Source: Gemmatales bacterium (GTDB lineage: Bacteria > Planctomycetota > Planctomycetia > Gemmatales > HRBIN36). Taken from it: a DNA stretch of 64,000 nt. This document shows, in pieces, positions 49,246 through 58,102 of the stretch. The stretch spans positions 3,646,660-3,710,659 of the forward strand of contig JAXMBC010000001.1 of the NCBI GenBank assembly GCA_046350055.1, given 5' to 3'. The notes under the pieces are model-generated. The model did no database searches and was not told the DNA's origin. It worked only from the letters and a program-made list of their open reading frames with translations. The position numbers and the translations under genes were made by a program. Every line of letters begins with the position of its first letter. Position 1 is the stretch's first letter.

Positions 49246-50043
49246 TTATCCTGTTACTTTCTTAGCCCACTCGCGTAAGTGCCAGAAAAGAGTGCGTGGC
49301 GCCTGCGGCGGTTCGATGCGAAGTGGCAGGCCCTGTAGAATCGCCATCCCATTCATGCCGCACAACTTGTTGGCTGCCAGGCCGGGAATCCATTGCATGA
49401 TGATCTTGGCTGCCTCCGCCAGCAGCGGAGGTCGGCGTGTTGATGAATGGCCATCAGAACCAATTACATGTACAAATCCCCGCTGCACCCAGTTCTTGAT
49501 CGCCTGGGCATGTCGTCGATCACGAGCCATAGTCACATTGCCTGTCGATAGCTGGAACAGGCAGCCCAGACGAATAAGATCCTCTGCCATATGTTCGGAG
49601 AAGAGCAGTTCCTGACTCTGCTCCGGATGAGCCAGAATAGGACGGATACCACGCTCCATCAGTCCGGCCACGGTGTCACGCAAGTCGATGAATATGCCAT
49701 GAGGCAGTTCGATCAGCATGAATGGATTGGAGCCGATCGTGCAATACAGTTTCTTGTCGACACTCTCGAGAGTGGTTGGATGAACCATCACTTCGGAACC
49801 AGGAAAGATGGCCACAGGCAATCGTTTGTTGCGTACCTCGTCTTTCAACAACATGCCTGCCTGTGCTACTACTTCTCTTGTCACTTGAGGGTAATGTTCG
49901 TTTTGATGAGCCAATGCATGCACCGCCCCGACACCTTGCTCAGCTAGCATGGTGCACATTTCAATAGCTTCTGCCATCTCCCTGGGGCCATCGTCCAGCC
50001 CTGCGAGCAGATGGCAATGCATGTCCACGATGGGAATCATCAC
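49246..50043 (-). CDS. PHP-family protein-tyrosine phosphatase (CpsB/YwqE-like)
   Basis: N-terminal IVDMHCHLLAGLDDGP is the CpsB signature. Later His residues occur in HALAH and GSDGH. Confidence 0.8.
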   Translation of the reverse strand: MMIPIVDMHCHLLAGLDDGPREMAEAIEMCTMLAEQGVGAVHALAHQNEHYPQVTREVVAQAGMLLKDEVRNKRLPVAIFPGSEVMVHPTTLESVDKKLYCTIGSNPFMLIELPHGIFIDLRDTVAGLMERGIRPILAHPEQSQELLFSEHMAEDLIRLGCLFQLSTGNVTMARDRRHAQAIKNWVQRGFVHVIGSDGHSSTRRPPLLAEAAKIIMQWIPGLAANKLCGMNGMAILQGLPLRIEPPQAPRTLFWHLREWAKKVTG

Positions 50044-50062
50044 TTACCATTCTGAGAATAAC

Positions 50063-50090
50063 GATGCCCGTGTCAGATGACACGGGCATC
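50063..50090 (-). terminator. strong hairpin between the BY-kinase and phosphatase genes (terminator or processing/stability element)
   Basis: 12-bp perfect stem GATGCCCGTGTC (50063-50074) / GACACGGGCATC (50079-50090). On the minus strand it is followed by GTTATTCTC. It lies only 19 nt before the phosphatase start. Confidence 0.45.
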
Positions 50091-50109
50091 ATCAATTCAG
50101 GGTTTAGTA

Positions 50110-52554
50110 TTATTTTCCAGCGGGCTCGTTGGCATCTGACGGAAGGCGATTGGAAGTGCCAGCATCGCCAGTAGGCATCTGAGGCGTGATTTCCGTCGCG
50201 TCGCGATCCTGGTAGTAACCCTCGTCGCCATAGCCGGCATAGTAGCGATCGGAGTAATCGTACTTGTACTGGTAGGCTTGGGCATAATCGTACTGGCCAT
50301 AGCCATAGCCGTAGCCATAGCCACCACCGTAGCCGTAACCGCTGGGGCCTTGCATGGAAACACCGTTGACAACGATGCCCAGTGGCTTGGCACCCAGTGA
50401 GACGAGGATGTCGCGAGCACGCTCGGCGATCGGGCGACCATTCTTGGTCACACGCATCGTCATCAGCACACCATCGACTCGAGGTGCGACCACGCAGGGA
50501 TCGGTCACCACCAGTAGAGGCGGTGTGTCAATCAAAACGTAGTCATACTGCTCACGCAATTCATCCATGAGTTCCTTGAAGCGTGGCGAAGTGAGCAGTT
50601 CTGCAGGATTTGGCGGAATCGGACCGCAAGGCAGGATAGACAGGCCAGGGATGACTGTGGGCTGAATTGCATCACGGAGATCACTTTGGCCCATGATAAC
50701 AGAGGCGAAACCCTTCTCAGAGGGTACCGCAAACACCTTGTGTAAACGGGGGCGACGGAAATCACCATCGATCAGAATGGTCTGCTTGCCCGACTGCGCG
50801 ATAGAAACAGCGAGGTTCGACGAGAGTGTTGTCTTGCCATCACCCATATTGGGGCTAGTGATCTGGATGACCTTGTGACCTTCGCCTCTGGTGCTGAAGT
50901 AGAGAGCGGTACGGATGCCGCGGAATACTTCCGATTTACGTGACTTGGGTCGGTAGTATGTTACCAGTGAAGGATCCGGGCCATTGATGGCACCTTCCAG
51001 CTTGGCTGCTTCCTCTTCGGAAATAAGGACAGGAATGTGGCCGACGACAGGGATATTGAGCCTGCGGCGAATCTCTTCAGGGCTGCGGAAGCTCTTGTCG
51101 GTCATGTCAGCCAGATATGCCAGTCCAAAACCACCAAGCAGGCCGAAAACCGTCGAAAGCACCATGATTACAAAAAGTCGTGGTTCGACTTTGATTGGTA
51201 ATGTCGGCTCAGCCCATATTTCCGCAGAGTAGGTTACTTCGTCCTTTTGGAACTTGGTGTTGTTCAGTTGCTCTGTCAATGTGGTCGCGACCTTGAGCAA
51301 TGCCTTCTTGCGTTCCACGAAGTCAGTATTTTGAACTTCATTCTTGGCTGACTCCTTGATGTAGTCACGTTCACGGGCGACTTCTGTGTCAAGAGTCTTC
51401 AGAATGCTGTCGTAGCGCATTAATTCCAGTTTCAATGAGTTAACAATCGTTTGGATTGGTGTTTCTCGAACACTGCCAATATCATCCTTCGGGGACACCT
51501 TCTTGAGATCGTTGAGTTCCTGGGTCTGCTTGGCCATATGATTCTGAAGTGATTCAAGCTGCAGCCTAATATCTTTGAGCTCTGGGTGGTTCTTCCCCAA
51601 TCTTGTCTCGAGAGTCTTCTCGAGAAGCTCTAATTGCATCACTCGTTCGCTGGTACTTCCGATGGCAACAGGTGAGGAATTCTCCATTCCTGGCCGCACG
51701 ATATTACTGCTGGAGAAGATTGAAATAAGAGATCTTCCCATGCCATTTTCAATACCCTTATTGAGAGTTTCCAGACGCGACTGCACATCATATCGCTGTT
51801 CCATCGTTTTAATACGCAGGCCTTCGAGCATGCTGAGACGTGAGAACAAAGGGTTCTTGCCATCAGCGGAGGAGGAAACAATTGCTGGATTCTGCTCCAT
51901 AAAGGCTTTATGGTCCTTGTCGAGCTTGTCATAGTCCAGACGCATGTATGTCTCGGCTCTCTTGATGGAGTTTAAGAGTTCCGAAGTCTGACTTTGGGTA
52001 TTGTCTTTCAGGTACTCCTTATAGTGCTTGATGATTCCATAGATAATGGTCTGGCAATCACTTGCAATGGGACCTTTGAAGGTAAGCTGCAGTACAGGGC
52101 TGCGCGTATTATTGTCTCGGTTATCCCGAACCACCATCAGACCGGCACCCAGAATGCCAACAATGCTGGAAAGGTCTTTGCCTGCAAAGGTCTCAAGCTT
52201 CTTGATATCGGTGTCTTCCGCAACCTTGCGCAGAATCATGGGTGTACGCAAGAGTGTGGCATGAGTTGTCAGATAATCATCGTTCATCATGTATGCGCCG
52301 CGCAAATCACCACCGAGAATGGGTGGATTCTTCCGCTGCACGGCCAGCATCGACTGTGACTGATATACCGGGTCCTTCTGCGAGTAGTAAAGAATGCCAA
52401 TCACAATAGCCAGAATCAGGCCGAGGATGATGAGCGACTTCCGCTGCCAGGCAATGCGATAGATATTCGATTGCTGGGCGGGTTCCTGTTGTAGATTAGT
52501 CCCATCCAGCACTTGAGGCTGAGGCATTCCTTCCAGCAGTTCCGGACGATTCAT
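50110..52554 (-). CDS. polysaccharide co-polymerase / tyrosine autokinase (Wzc-like PCP-2a BY-kinase)
   Basis: Wzz-like N-domain with two TM helices and a coiled-coil periplasmic region. Walker A SPNMGDGKTT, A' ILIDGDFRRP, B VLIDTPPLL. The C-terminus carries a Tyr cluster. Confidence 0.85.
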   Translation of the reverse strand: MNRPELLEGMPQPQVLDGTNLQQEPAQQSNIYRIAWQRKSLIILGLILAIVIGILYYSQKDPVYQSQSMLAVQRKNPPILGGDLRGAYMMNDDYLTTHATLLRTPMILRKVAEDTDIKKLETFAGKDLSSIVGILGAGLMVVRDNRDNNTRSPVLQLTFKGPIASDCQTIIYGIIKHYKEYLKDNTQSQTSELLNSIKRAETYMRLDYDKLDKDHKAFMEQNPAIVSSSADGKNPLFSRLSMLEGLRIKTMEQRYDVQSRLETLNKGIENGMGRSLISIFSSSNIVRPGMENSSPVAIGSTSERVMQLELLEKTLETRLGKNHPELKDIRLQLESLQNHMAKQTQELNDLKKVSPKDDIGSVRETPIQTIVNSLKLELMRYDSILKTLDTEVARERDYIKESAKNEVQNTDFVERKKALLKVATTLTEQLNNTKFQKDEVTYSAEIWAEPTLPIKVEPRLFVIMVLSTVFGLLGGFGLAYLADMTDKSFRSPEEIRRRLNIPVVGHIPVLISEEEAAKLEGAINGPDPSLVTYYRPKSRKSEVFRGIRTALYFSTRGEGHKVIQITSPNMGDGKTTLSSNLAVSIAQSGKQTILIDGDFRRPRLHKVFAVPSEKGFASVIMGQSDLRDAIQPTVIPGLSILPCGPIPPNPAELLTSPRFKELMDELREQYDYVLIDTPPLLVVTDPCVVAPRVDGVLMTMRVTKNGRPIAERARDILVSLGAKPLGIVVNGVSMQGPSGYGYGGGYGYGYGYGQYDYAQAYQYKYDYSDRYYAGYGDEGYYQDRDATEITPQMPTGDAGTSNRLPSDANEPAGK

Positions 52555-52585
52555 GGTTGTCTCCTTACGAATCTCAGCACAGGCC

Positions 52586-54100
52586 TTAGACTTTCTCTAA
52601 CCGGTATTCCGCAGAAGCGGTCGTAATAGTTGGGGTGGCAGGTGCGATGTTCCGCACTGTCGGATCGCTCATTTGCGAAAGCAGTAGTTCCACATCTGAA
52701 ATCATGGCATTCAATTGAAGCATGACATCAGTAAATGACCGGTGAATGGAGCCTTCCAGTTCCATTCTCCCCACTACCGTCGATTTGATGCATAAAGGCA
52801 GAGTAAGTTGCCACTTTTCCTTGTCGAGGAGTTCCGTGTTACGCCTCTGCCAGTGGCCATGATATCCCTCATGCCAGGCAGGGGCATTCACGTCGAGACT
52901 GATGCTGACCAACTCATGCTCGTAAGCCCAGGCGGTCAGTCGGCTCCATAGATCCTGCCAGTTGGTCGAGCCTTGCAGTTGAATGCTTAACTCGCGAACA
53001 TTATCGCCACTAGAGCCAAACAGCGAACTGATGCGTTTACGTATCAGACTCAGTTCTACACTGCCAAACATCTTGGTGGCTACTAGTATGCCCACCACCA
53101 GTGCAGCACTCAGGATGGCCCAGGCGTCATTGCGAAGGTACGACGCAACCAGTGCCCCGCACATGGTCAACAAGCAAAGCCCGGAGATCAGCGCCAGCAC
53201 TGTGACATTGGAAAGGCCCGATACGCTCATCCGATGATGTAAGTGACCTCGATCGACGTCGTAAATGCTACGCCCGGTCAACTTACGGCGAACGATAGCT
53301 GCTAGAGTGTCAAAGATGGGAAGAATCAGGAGAGCCAGCGGTGCAGCCAGGCTCACTGTGGCCATTTCTTTCATCGAGCATTGAATTCCCAAAATGCCGA
53401 TGATGAGGCCGATCAGCATACTTCCCGAATCGCCCAGGAAGATCCTGGCAGGGGGGAAGTTAAAACGCAGAAAGCCCAAGAGTGAACCAGCCAGGCCCGC
53501 AGCAACACATGCCGGAGCCCAGTTTTCATTAAGATAGGCAACACCAGCAAAAGCCAGGCTGGTAAGAAGTCCAATGGTGGAAAGTAAGCCATCCATGCCG
53601 TCCAGCAGGTTGAGGGAATTTATTGCCCCAAGCAGCCAGAATGCTGTGAAGATGATGCCAAAGATACCCAATTCTATGCTGTAGCCTTTAGCAAGCGTAA
53701 TTCGATCCACCTTGGTGCCACAGGCAATCACAATGCTGACAATGATGATCTGACCGAGAAGTTTGAACCGGCCACGCAGTCGACCAAAGTCATCAAGAAC
53801 CCCAAGAGCAACAATCAACGTTGCTGCCAGCAGCAGGCCCAAGTGCTGATAAAGTTGTTCAGGGAGTATCTCCCCGGTGCGGCCACCCAGAAACCAGCCA
53901 ACCATGATGGCAAAGAGCATTCCGCCGAGCAGAATGGGGCCGCCGATCACAGGAGTGGGACGTGCATGAAGTTTGCGTGTGCCATCCGGAAGGTCCAATA
54001 GACCAACGCGCCTGGCGACTCGCATCATCACTGGGGTTAAGGCGATGGCGCACAACAAGCCGACGGTAAAGAGGATCAATAACTGCAGTGCGAAATGCAT
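52586..54100 (-). CDS. WecA/MraY-family (GT4) undecaprenyl-phosphate sugar-1-phosphate transferase with a ~160-aa C-terminal extension
   Basis: VLDDFGRLR, NSLNLLDGMDGLLS and FLGDSGSMLIG motifs, with about 10-11 TM helices. Confidence 0.8.
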   Translation of the reverse strand: MHFALQLLILFTVGLLCAIALTPVMMRVARRVGLLDLPDGTRKLHARPTPVIGGPILLGGMLFAIMVGWFLGGRTGEILPEQLYQHLGLLLAATLIVALGVLDDFGRLRGRFKLLGQIIIVSIVIACGTKVDRITLAKGYSIELGIFGIIFTAFWLLGAINSLNLLDGMDGLLSTIGLLTSLAFAGVAYLNENWAPACVAAGLAGSLLGFLRFNFPPARIFLGDSGSMLIGLIIGILGIQCSMKEMATVSLAAPLALLILPIFDTLAAIVRRKLTGRSIYDVDRGHLHHRMSVSGLSNVTVLALISGLCLLTMCGALVASYLRNDAWAILSAALVVGILVATKMFGSVELSLIRKRISSLFGSSGDNVRELSIQLQGSTNWQDLWSRLTAWAYEHELVSISLDVNAPAWHEGYHGHWQRRNTELLDKEKWQLTLPLCIKSTVVGRMELEGSIHRSFTDVMLQLNAMISDVELLLSQMSDPTVRNIAPATPTITTASAEYRLEKV

Positions 54101-54266
54101 CGAATTCCTGCTACGAGATTGGAATGTCGTCCCTGGGATGGGCCAGTGAGCGACAGCCTCACTTTCGCAAAGCAGATTTTATCCTGAAACAGTGTCGGTG
54201 CCAAAGAAAATGCACAACTTTACGGCGCAAGTGTCAGCAACGAGCGGAGTTCAGAGAAACCCACTT

Positions 54267-57056
54267 TCACAACATAGCCTGCCACATGGACGCAGGATCC
54301 AGAGGTATGGTTGTTGAATTCGACCCCGCTTTTTGCATCAACTGTGCCTGGGAAGGCAACGACGCGAGCCAGGCCGACTCTAAGGATCGCGACGATTGGG
54401 CAAGTTCGCTCCGCTGTACCGTCGGTGCCTTCGGCGCAGGGGGTTGTCTCTCATAATCAGGCTCTACCCGGCTTGCTTCGCTCAGATGTTTGACCAGATC
54501 ACGCCACGGGTTATTCCGGTTCGCCTCGCCATCACGTGAGGTGCGGTAGCAGATAACCAGCAGTTCCCTCGCACGTGTGGCAGCTACATATAGAAGCCGC
54601 TGTCGCTCAGCCTCGGCAAATTGCTGCTCCAGTGACGCCAGTTCTGGCCAGTTCTCCGGGTGGGCTACCGACTGCTGGACGTACTGTGCCACTTGTCGGC
54701 GTACATGGAGATAGCCACGTGCACTGTCCTGGTGGCGCTGAATGTGTAACTGTTCGTCTCGCGGTTTACCATTATCACCCAGACAGTCTGCCAGTATGAC
54801 TACTCTTGCCTCCAACCCCTTTGCCTTGTGCAGATTCATGATCCGAACGCCCACACCTTCCTGACTGGGCAAATAGAGTCCATCCCGACGAGGCTCCCGT
54901 TTCAGCAGCCTTTCCAACTGAAAGAGCACACCCTCGATACTGCGGGTACGTGAGGCTGCATCTCCCAGGCAGCAGAACGCTTTTGCCAGGCAATCTAGCC
55001 CGGTTTCCTCGCCCCACACCTTGGCCCAGAGAGGCAAGCCCAGTGTCAGGCTGCACCGTTCCAGTGCAGCAACGACCGGATATTGTTGCAGGTCGCCTGC
55101 GAACTCCTGTAGCTGGCGAAAGACGTTGTTGACAATGCCAGCATGAGGCACACTTTCATCCGCCTGCTTGGTACAATGGAATGGCCCTCTTGCCTGGTGA
55201 TAGGCAAAGAGCTGAGCATCGCTCATGCCGCAGAGTTCGCTGCGGAGCAGACCAGCGAGTGCTACCTGATTAGCAGGATTGAACGCAGTCTTGAGTAGAA
55301 GATAAAGAAGCCGCAATCCTGGGAAGGCGTTGAGCTGTCCGCCACCTGTCACTTGATTGGGGATACCCCATCGAGAGAGCGTATCGCCATAGTGTTGCAG
55401 GCGATCGCGTTCCTTGGTCAGGATCATAAAATCGCCCGGCACCGCAGTCTCAGGTAATCCGCGTTTCAGCTCCGCTTCATTGCGGTCGAACCGCAGCTGA
55501 CCTTCCTGTGCATCGAGAATGTATCGTGCGATGGCCTCAGCTTCATTCTGCGCTACGTCTTCCTTGAGCCGTCCCACAACCTCTTCTGGAAATTCGAGAT
55601 AACGCAGGCATTCAGCTGGTGTACGGGATGCTTCGCGCCCTGGAGCCATCGAACTGTAATCCGCCTGGGTGACACCTTGTCCCTCAGCGAACTGTTTCTC
55701 GAAAGTGGTGTTGATCCAATCGACGAGCGCCGGCTGCGAGCGGAAGTTGACAGTGAGAGATACAATCTCTCCGCCTCCCGCTTCCAGTTGCTTCTTCACC
55801 AGTTGATAAACCTGGATGTCGGCCCGGCGAAAGCGATAGATGGACTGCTTCGGATCGCCCACGAGCAGGAGGCTGCCATGGCGAGGCGCGGCATCAATCC
55901 AGTGTTTCGTGGACTTCTGAGCGGTGAGAAGGAAGAGCAGTTCTGCCTGCAGAGGGTCGGTATCCTGGAATTCATCGACGAGCAGCCGTTTCCACTGCTG
56001 TCCCAGTTGACGGCGAACCTGAGCGTTGCTTCGCAGCAATTCCACAGTGGTAAGCAACAGGTCCTGGAAGGTCAGCCTGCCGCGACGGCGGCGTTCCTCA
56101 CGGGCGAAGCGTTCTGAGCGTTCGAGGAACTGCATCACCAGCGGATAACGAAAGGACCGCCACTGTTCCAGCAGCGGCAGCGTGTGTTTTTCGCAGAACT
56201 CATTCCATCGCTGCCACTCGGCATCACACACTTTGGCACCACCGGGCCAGCGTTTCTTCACCACACCGCTATTGATGACATCGTACTCTTCGAGGTGAGC
56301 AAGCACGTTTTGCCGTTCGTGCCAGCGCACGAGCGGAGCGAGGCGAGGCAGGCGGCGATACTTCTGCATCAGCCGATCGGGCACTTCGGCAGGCAACTTC
56401 GGGGCTAGCTCCAGCATGTGCTGGTGGTACTCGGCTAGTTTCTCCCGCAGCCCCGTTGTTTCGGGGAGAGGTACCTTGGCAGCAGGCCATTCCGGCACAT
56501 CGTTGTACTGCTGGAAGCGTATGAAACCGTCACGCAGGTCTTCCAGTGGCAAGCCGACCTGCTCTAACTGGTTGATGATGGGATCATTGCGTTCACTGAG
56601 CTGTCTGAGCCACTGGTTCCAGAGCTGGTCGATCAGCTCAGTTTCTTCGTCGGCTTGCACCTCGCTGAAATGGAGAGGCAGCCCCGCTTCGGTGGCATAC
56701 TCGCGCAGCACACGGGCACAGAAACCATGAATGGTGCCAATATAAGCCTGATGCATACCTTCGAGAGCCTGGGTCAACCGCTTCTTGACCCGGGTGTCTT
56801 CAGCCTGACGGCGGACAGTTTCAAGGCGGATGAGGAACCGCGACCGCATCTCCCCCGCAGCTTTGCGGGTGAACGTTAGAGCGGCCAGTTCGTTGACTTT
56901 GGCTGCACCACTTGCCAGCATCTGCACCAGGCGTTCGACGAGCACCGTCGTCTTCCCCGAGCCTGCTGAGGCTTCGACAAGGAAGTTGCGATCAAAGACG
57001 CTGGTAAGCGTTTCGCGAATAGGCTGATCGACAGGGGGTGAGGTGGTGGGGTTCAC
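54267..57056 (-). CDS. UvrD/REP superfamily-1 helicase (AddA/PcrA-like) without a C-terminal nuclease domain
   Basis: Motif I EASAGSGKTT, Ia LTFTRKAAGEM, II LLVDEFQDT, III LVGDPKQSIYRFRRA, V/VI NLHKAKGLEARVVIL and LLYVAATRARELL. GTG start at 57056. Confidence 0.85.
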   Translation of the reverse strand: MNPTTSPPVDQPIRETLTSVFDRNFLVEASAGSGKTTVLVERLVQMLASGAAKVNELAALTFTRKAAGEMRSRFLIRLETVRRQAEDTRVKKRLTQALEGMHQAYIGTIHGFCARVLREYATEAGLPLHFSEVQADEETELIDQLWNQWLRQLSERNDPIINQLEQVGLPLEDLRDGFIRFQQYNDVPEWPAAKVPLPETTGLREKLAEYHQHMLELAPKLPAEVPDRLMQKYRRLPRLAPLVRWHERQNVLAHLEEYDVINSGVVKKRWPGGAKVCDAEWQRWNEFCEKHTLPLLEQWRSFRYPLVMQFLERSERFAREERRRRGRLTFQDLLLTTVELLRSNAQVRRQLGQQWKRLLVDEFQDTDPLQAELLFLLTAQKSTKHWIDAAPRHGSLLLVGDPKQSIYRFRRADIQVYQLVKKQLEAGGGEIVSLTVNFRSQPALVDWINTTFEKQFAEGQGVTQADYSSMAPGREASRTPAECLRYLEFPEEVVGRLKEDVAQNEAEAIARYILDAQEGQLRFDRNEAELKRGLPETAVPGDFMILTKERDRLQHYGDTLSRWGIPNQVTGGGQLNAFPGLRLLYLLLKTAFNPANQVALAGLLRSELCGMSDAQLFAYHQARGPFHCTKQADESVPHAGIVNNVFRQLQEFAGDLQQYPVVAALERCSLTLGLPLWAKVWGEETGLDCLAKAFCCLGDAASRTRSIEGVLFQLERLLKREPRRDGLYLPSQEGVGVRIMNLHKAKGLEARVVILADCLGDNGKPRDEQLHIQRHQDSARGYLHVRRQVAQYVQQSVAHPENWPELASLEQQFAEAERQRLLYVAATRARELLVICYRTSRDGEANRNNPWRDLVKHLSEASRVEPDYERQPPAPKAPTVQRSELAQSSRSLESAWLASLPSQAQLMQKAGSNSTTIPLDPASMWQAML

Positions 57057-57559
57057 GGGGGAGCGTCCGTTGCATCCGGGGAAGGTGGTATTCTATCAGG
57101 CTGCTGTCGGTACCGCCGAGTAAACGGTGTTCCGTTGAAGGTATGGGTGCAGCACTTACATGTTGGATCCAGCGAGTGTGGTCCGATAGTTGGATCCACG
57201 ACACGAAGTCGATGGTCGTCATCTACATACAAACCGCTGTAATATGAGCTCTCTCCCACTCGCACGAAATCCTTACCGTATTCCTTTCTGAGTGCAACAA
57301 GCCAGAATATGGGCTCTGGGGAGTCCAGCCTTGACACCGCCTCGCTATGGATGGCATCCCAGTCGTCCCCTAAGCGAGACAAGAGGAACCGGAACAGCGG
57401 GGTATAGTCGAGACCACGGCGGACACCTTGTGACATACCGGTGCGGCTGTCCTCCAAGTTGCGACGCCGCGAGCGGTAGTCTCCACCGAACCGATGGCGC
57501 ACACCATGCGCGCGAGTGTTAACCTTGCGATAGAGCGGTGGTTTGTTGCCCTTGGTCAT
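57053..57559 (-). CDS. hypothetical basic protein (168 aa) translationally coupled to the helicase
   Basis: The stop TGA (57053-57055) overlaps the helicase GTG start (GTGA, 4 nt). The N-terminal 50 aa contain 16 R/K/H. The C-terminus has CKCCTH. I recognise no family. Confidence 0.55.
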   Translation of the reverse strand: MTKGNKPPLYRKVNTRAHGVRHRFGGDYRSRRRNLEDSRTGMSQGVRRGLDYTPLFRFLLSRLGDDWDAIHSEAVSRLDSPEPIFWLVALRKEYGKDFVRVGESSYYSGLYVDDDHRLRVVDPTIGPHSLDPTCKCCTHTFNGTPFTRRYRQQPDRIPPSPDATDAPP

Positions 57560-57609
57560 TGCCCACTCATTAATTCGTGTTCTCTGCTGATGTCAACGAT
57601 ATAGACCCC

Positions 57610-57832
57610 CGTGTTCCGCGCATCTCGTTGCAATGCATGTGTTAACGTCTATCCTGCGAACCGCTATGAGATCGATGATCAACCCCGGCGCCTCGTGTGC
57701 GCGAAAGTAGTCGCAACTATCGTGTTCCGCGCATCTCGCTGCAGAACAACATGTTACGTCATTCTTGCGCAGAAGGGGCACGGTAAGTGGTCAACCCCGG
57801 CATCTCGTGTGCGCGGAGCAGTTGGGATGGTC
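57610..57832. repeat. two degenerate tandem copies of a ~111-bp unit, each bounded by conserved boxes
   Basis: Box A is GTGTTCCGCGCATCTCG(T/C)TGCA at 57611-57632 and 57722-57743 (21/22 identical). Box B is TCAACCCCGGC(GC/AT)CTCGTGTGCGCG at 57679-57703 and 57791-57815 (23/25 identical). The interior between boxes is divergent. Confidence 0.8.
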
Positions 57833-58102
57833 ATTTGATCTTGCCAACGTGACGTGCTCGCATTGTCAAGTTCGCGCGTGGGGCTTGCAACTTCCCCAGC
57901 TATGGACAGAGCATCTCCATGCCGGTAGGGTTGTTAGCCGAGCCGGTGGCCTCATCCGTTATGATAGGCTTGTACACCAGGGTGGTGGCCAGTAGACAAG
58001 TTGATTTTCAGGAAAGTCGAACCATTTCCGAATATCGCGCCTGATTACCGGTCGCAGGCTGCTTCACCCTTGTTGTACAGTATCCTCACAACGAGGTGAT
58101 TC

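Noticed and set aside
57610-57832. Possible CRISPR array or type III antitoxin RNA repeat upstream of orf168
   Set aside because: There are only two copies with a period of ~111 bp, and the interiors diverge while the boxes are conserved. No cas or ToxN/AbiE-like gene is present. It is kept as an unexplained repeat, not as CRISPR or a toxin-antitoxin element.
57990-58060. tRNA-like T-arm string (GGTTCGACT on the minus strand)
   Set aside because: The flanking bases cannot form a 5-bp T-stem, and no acceptor, D or anticodon arms can be drawn. It is not a tRNA.
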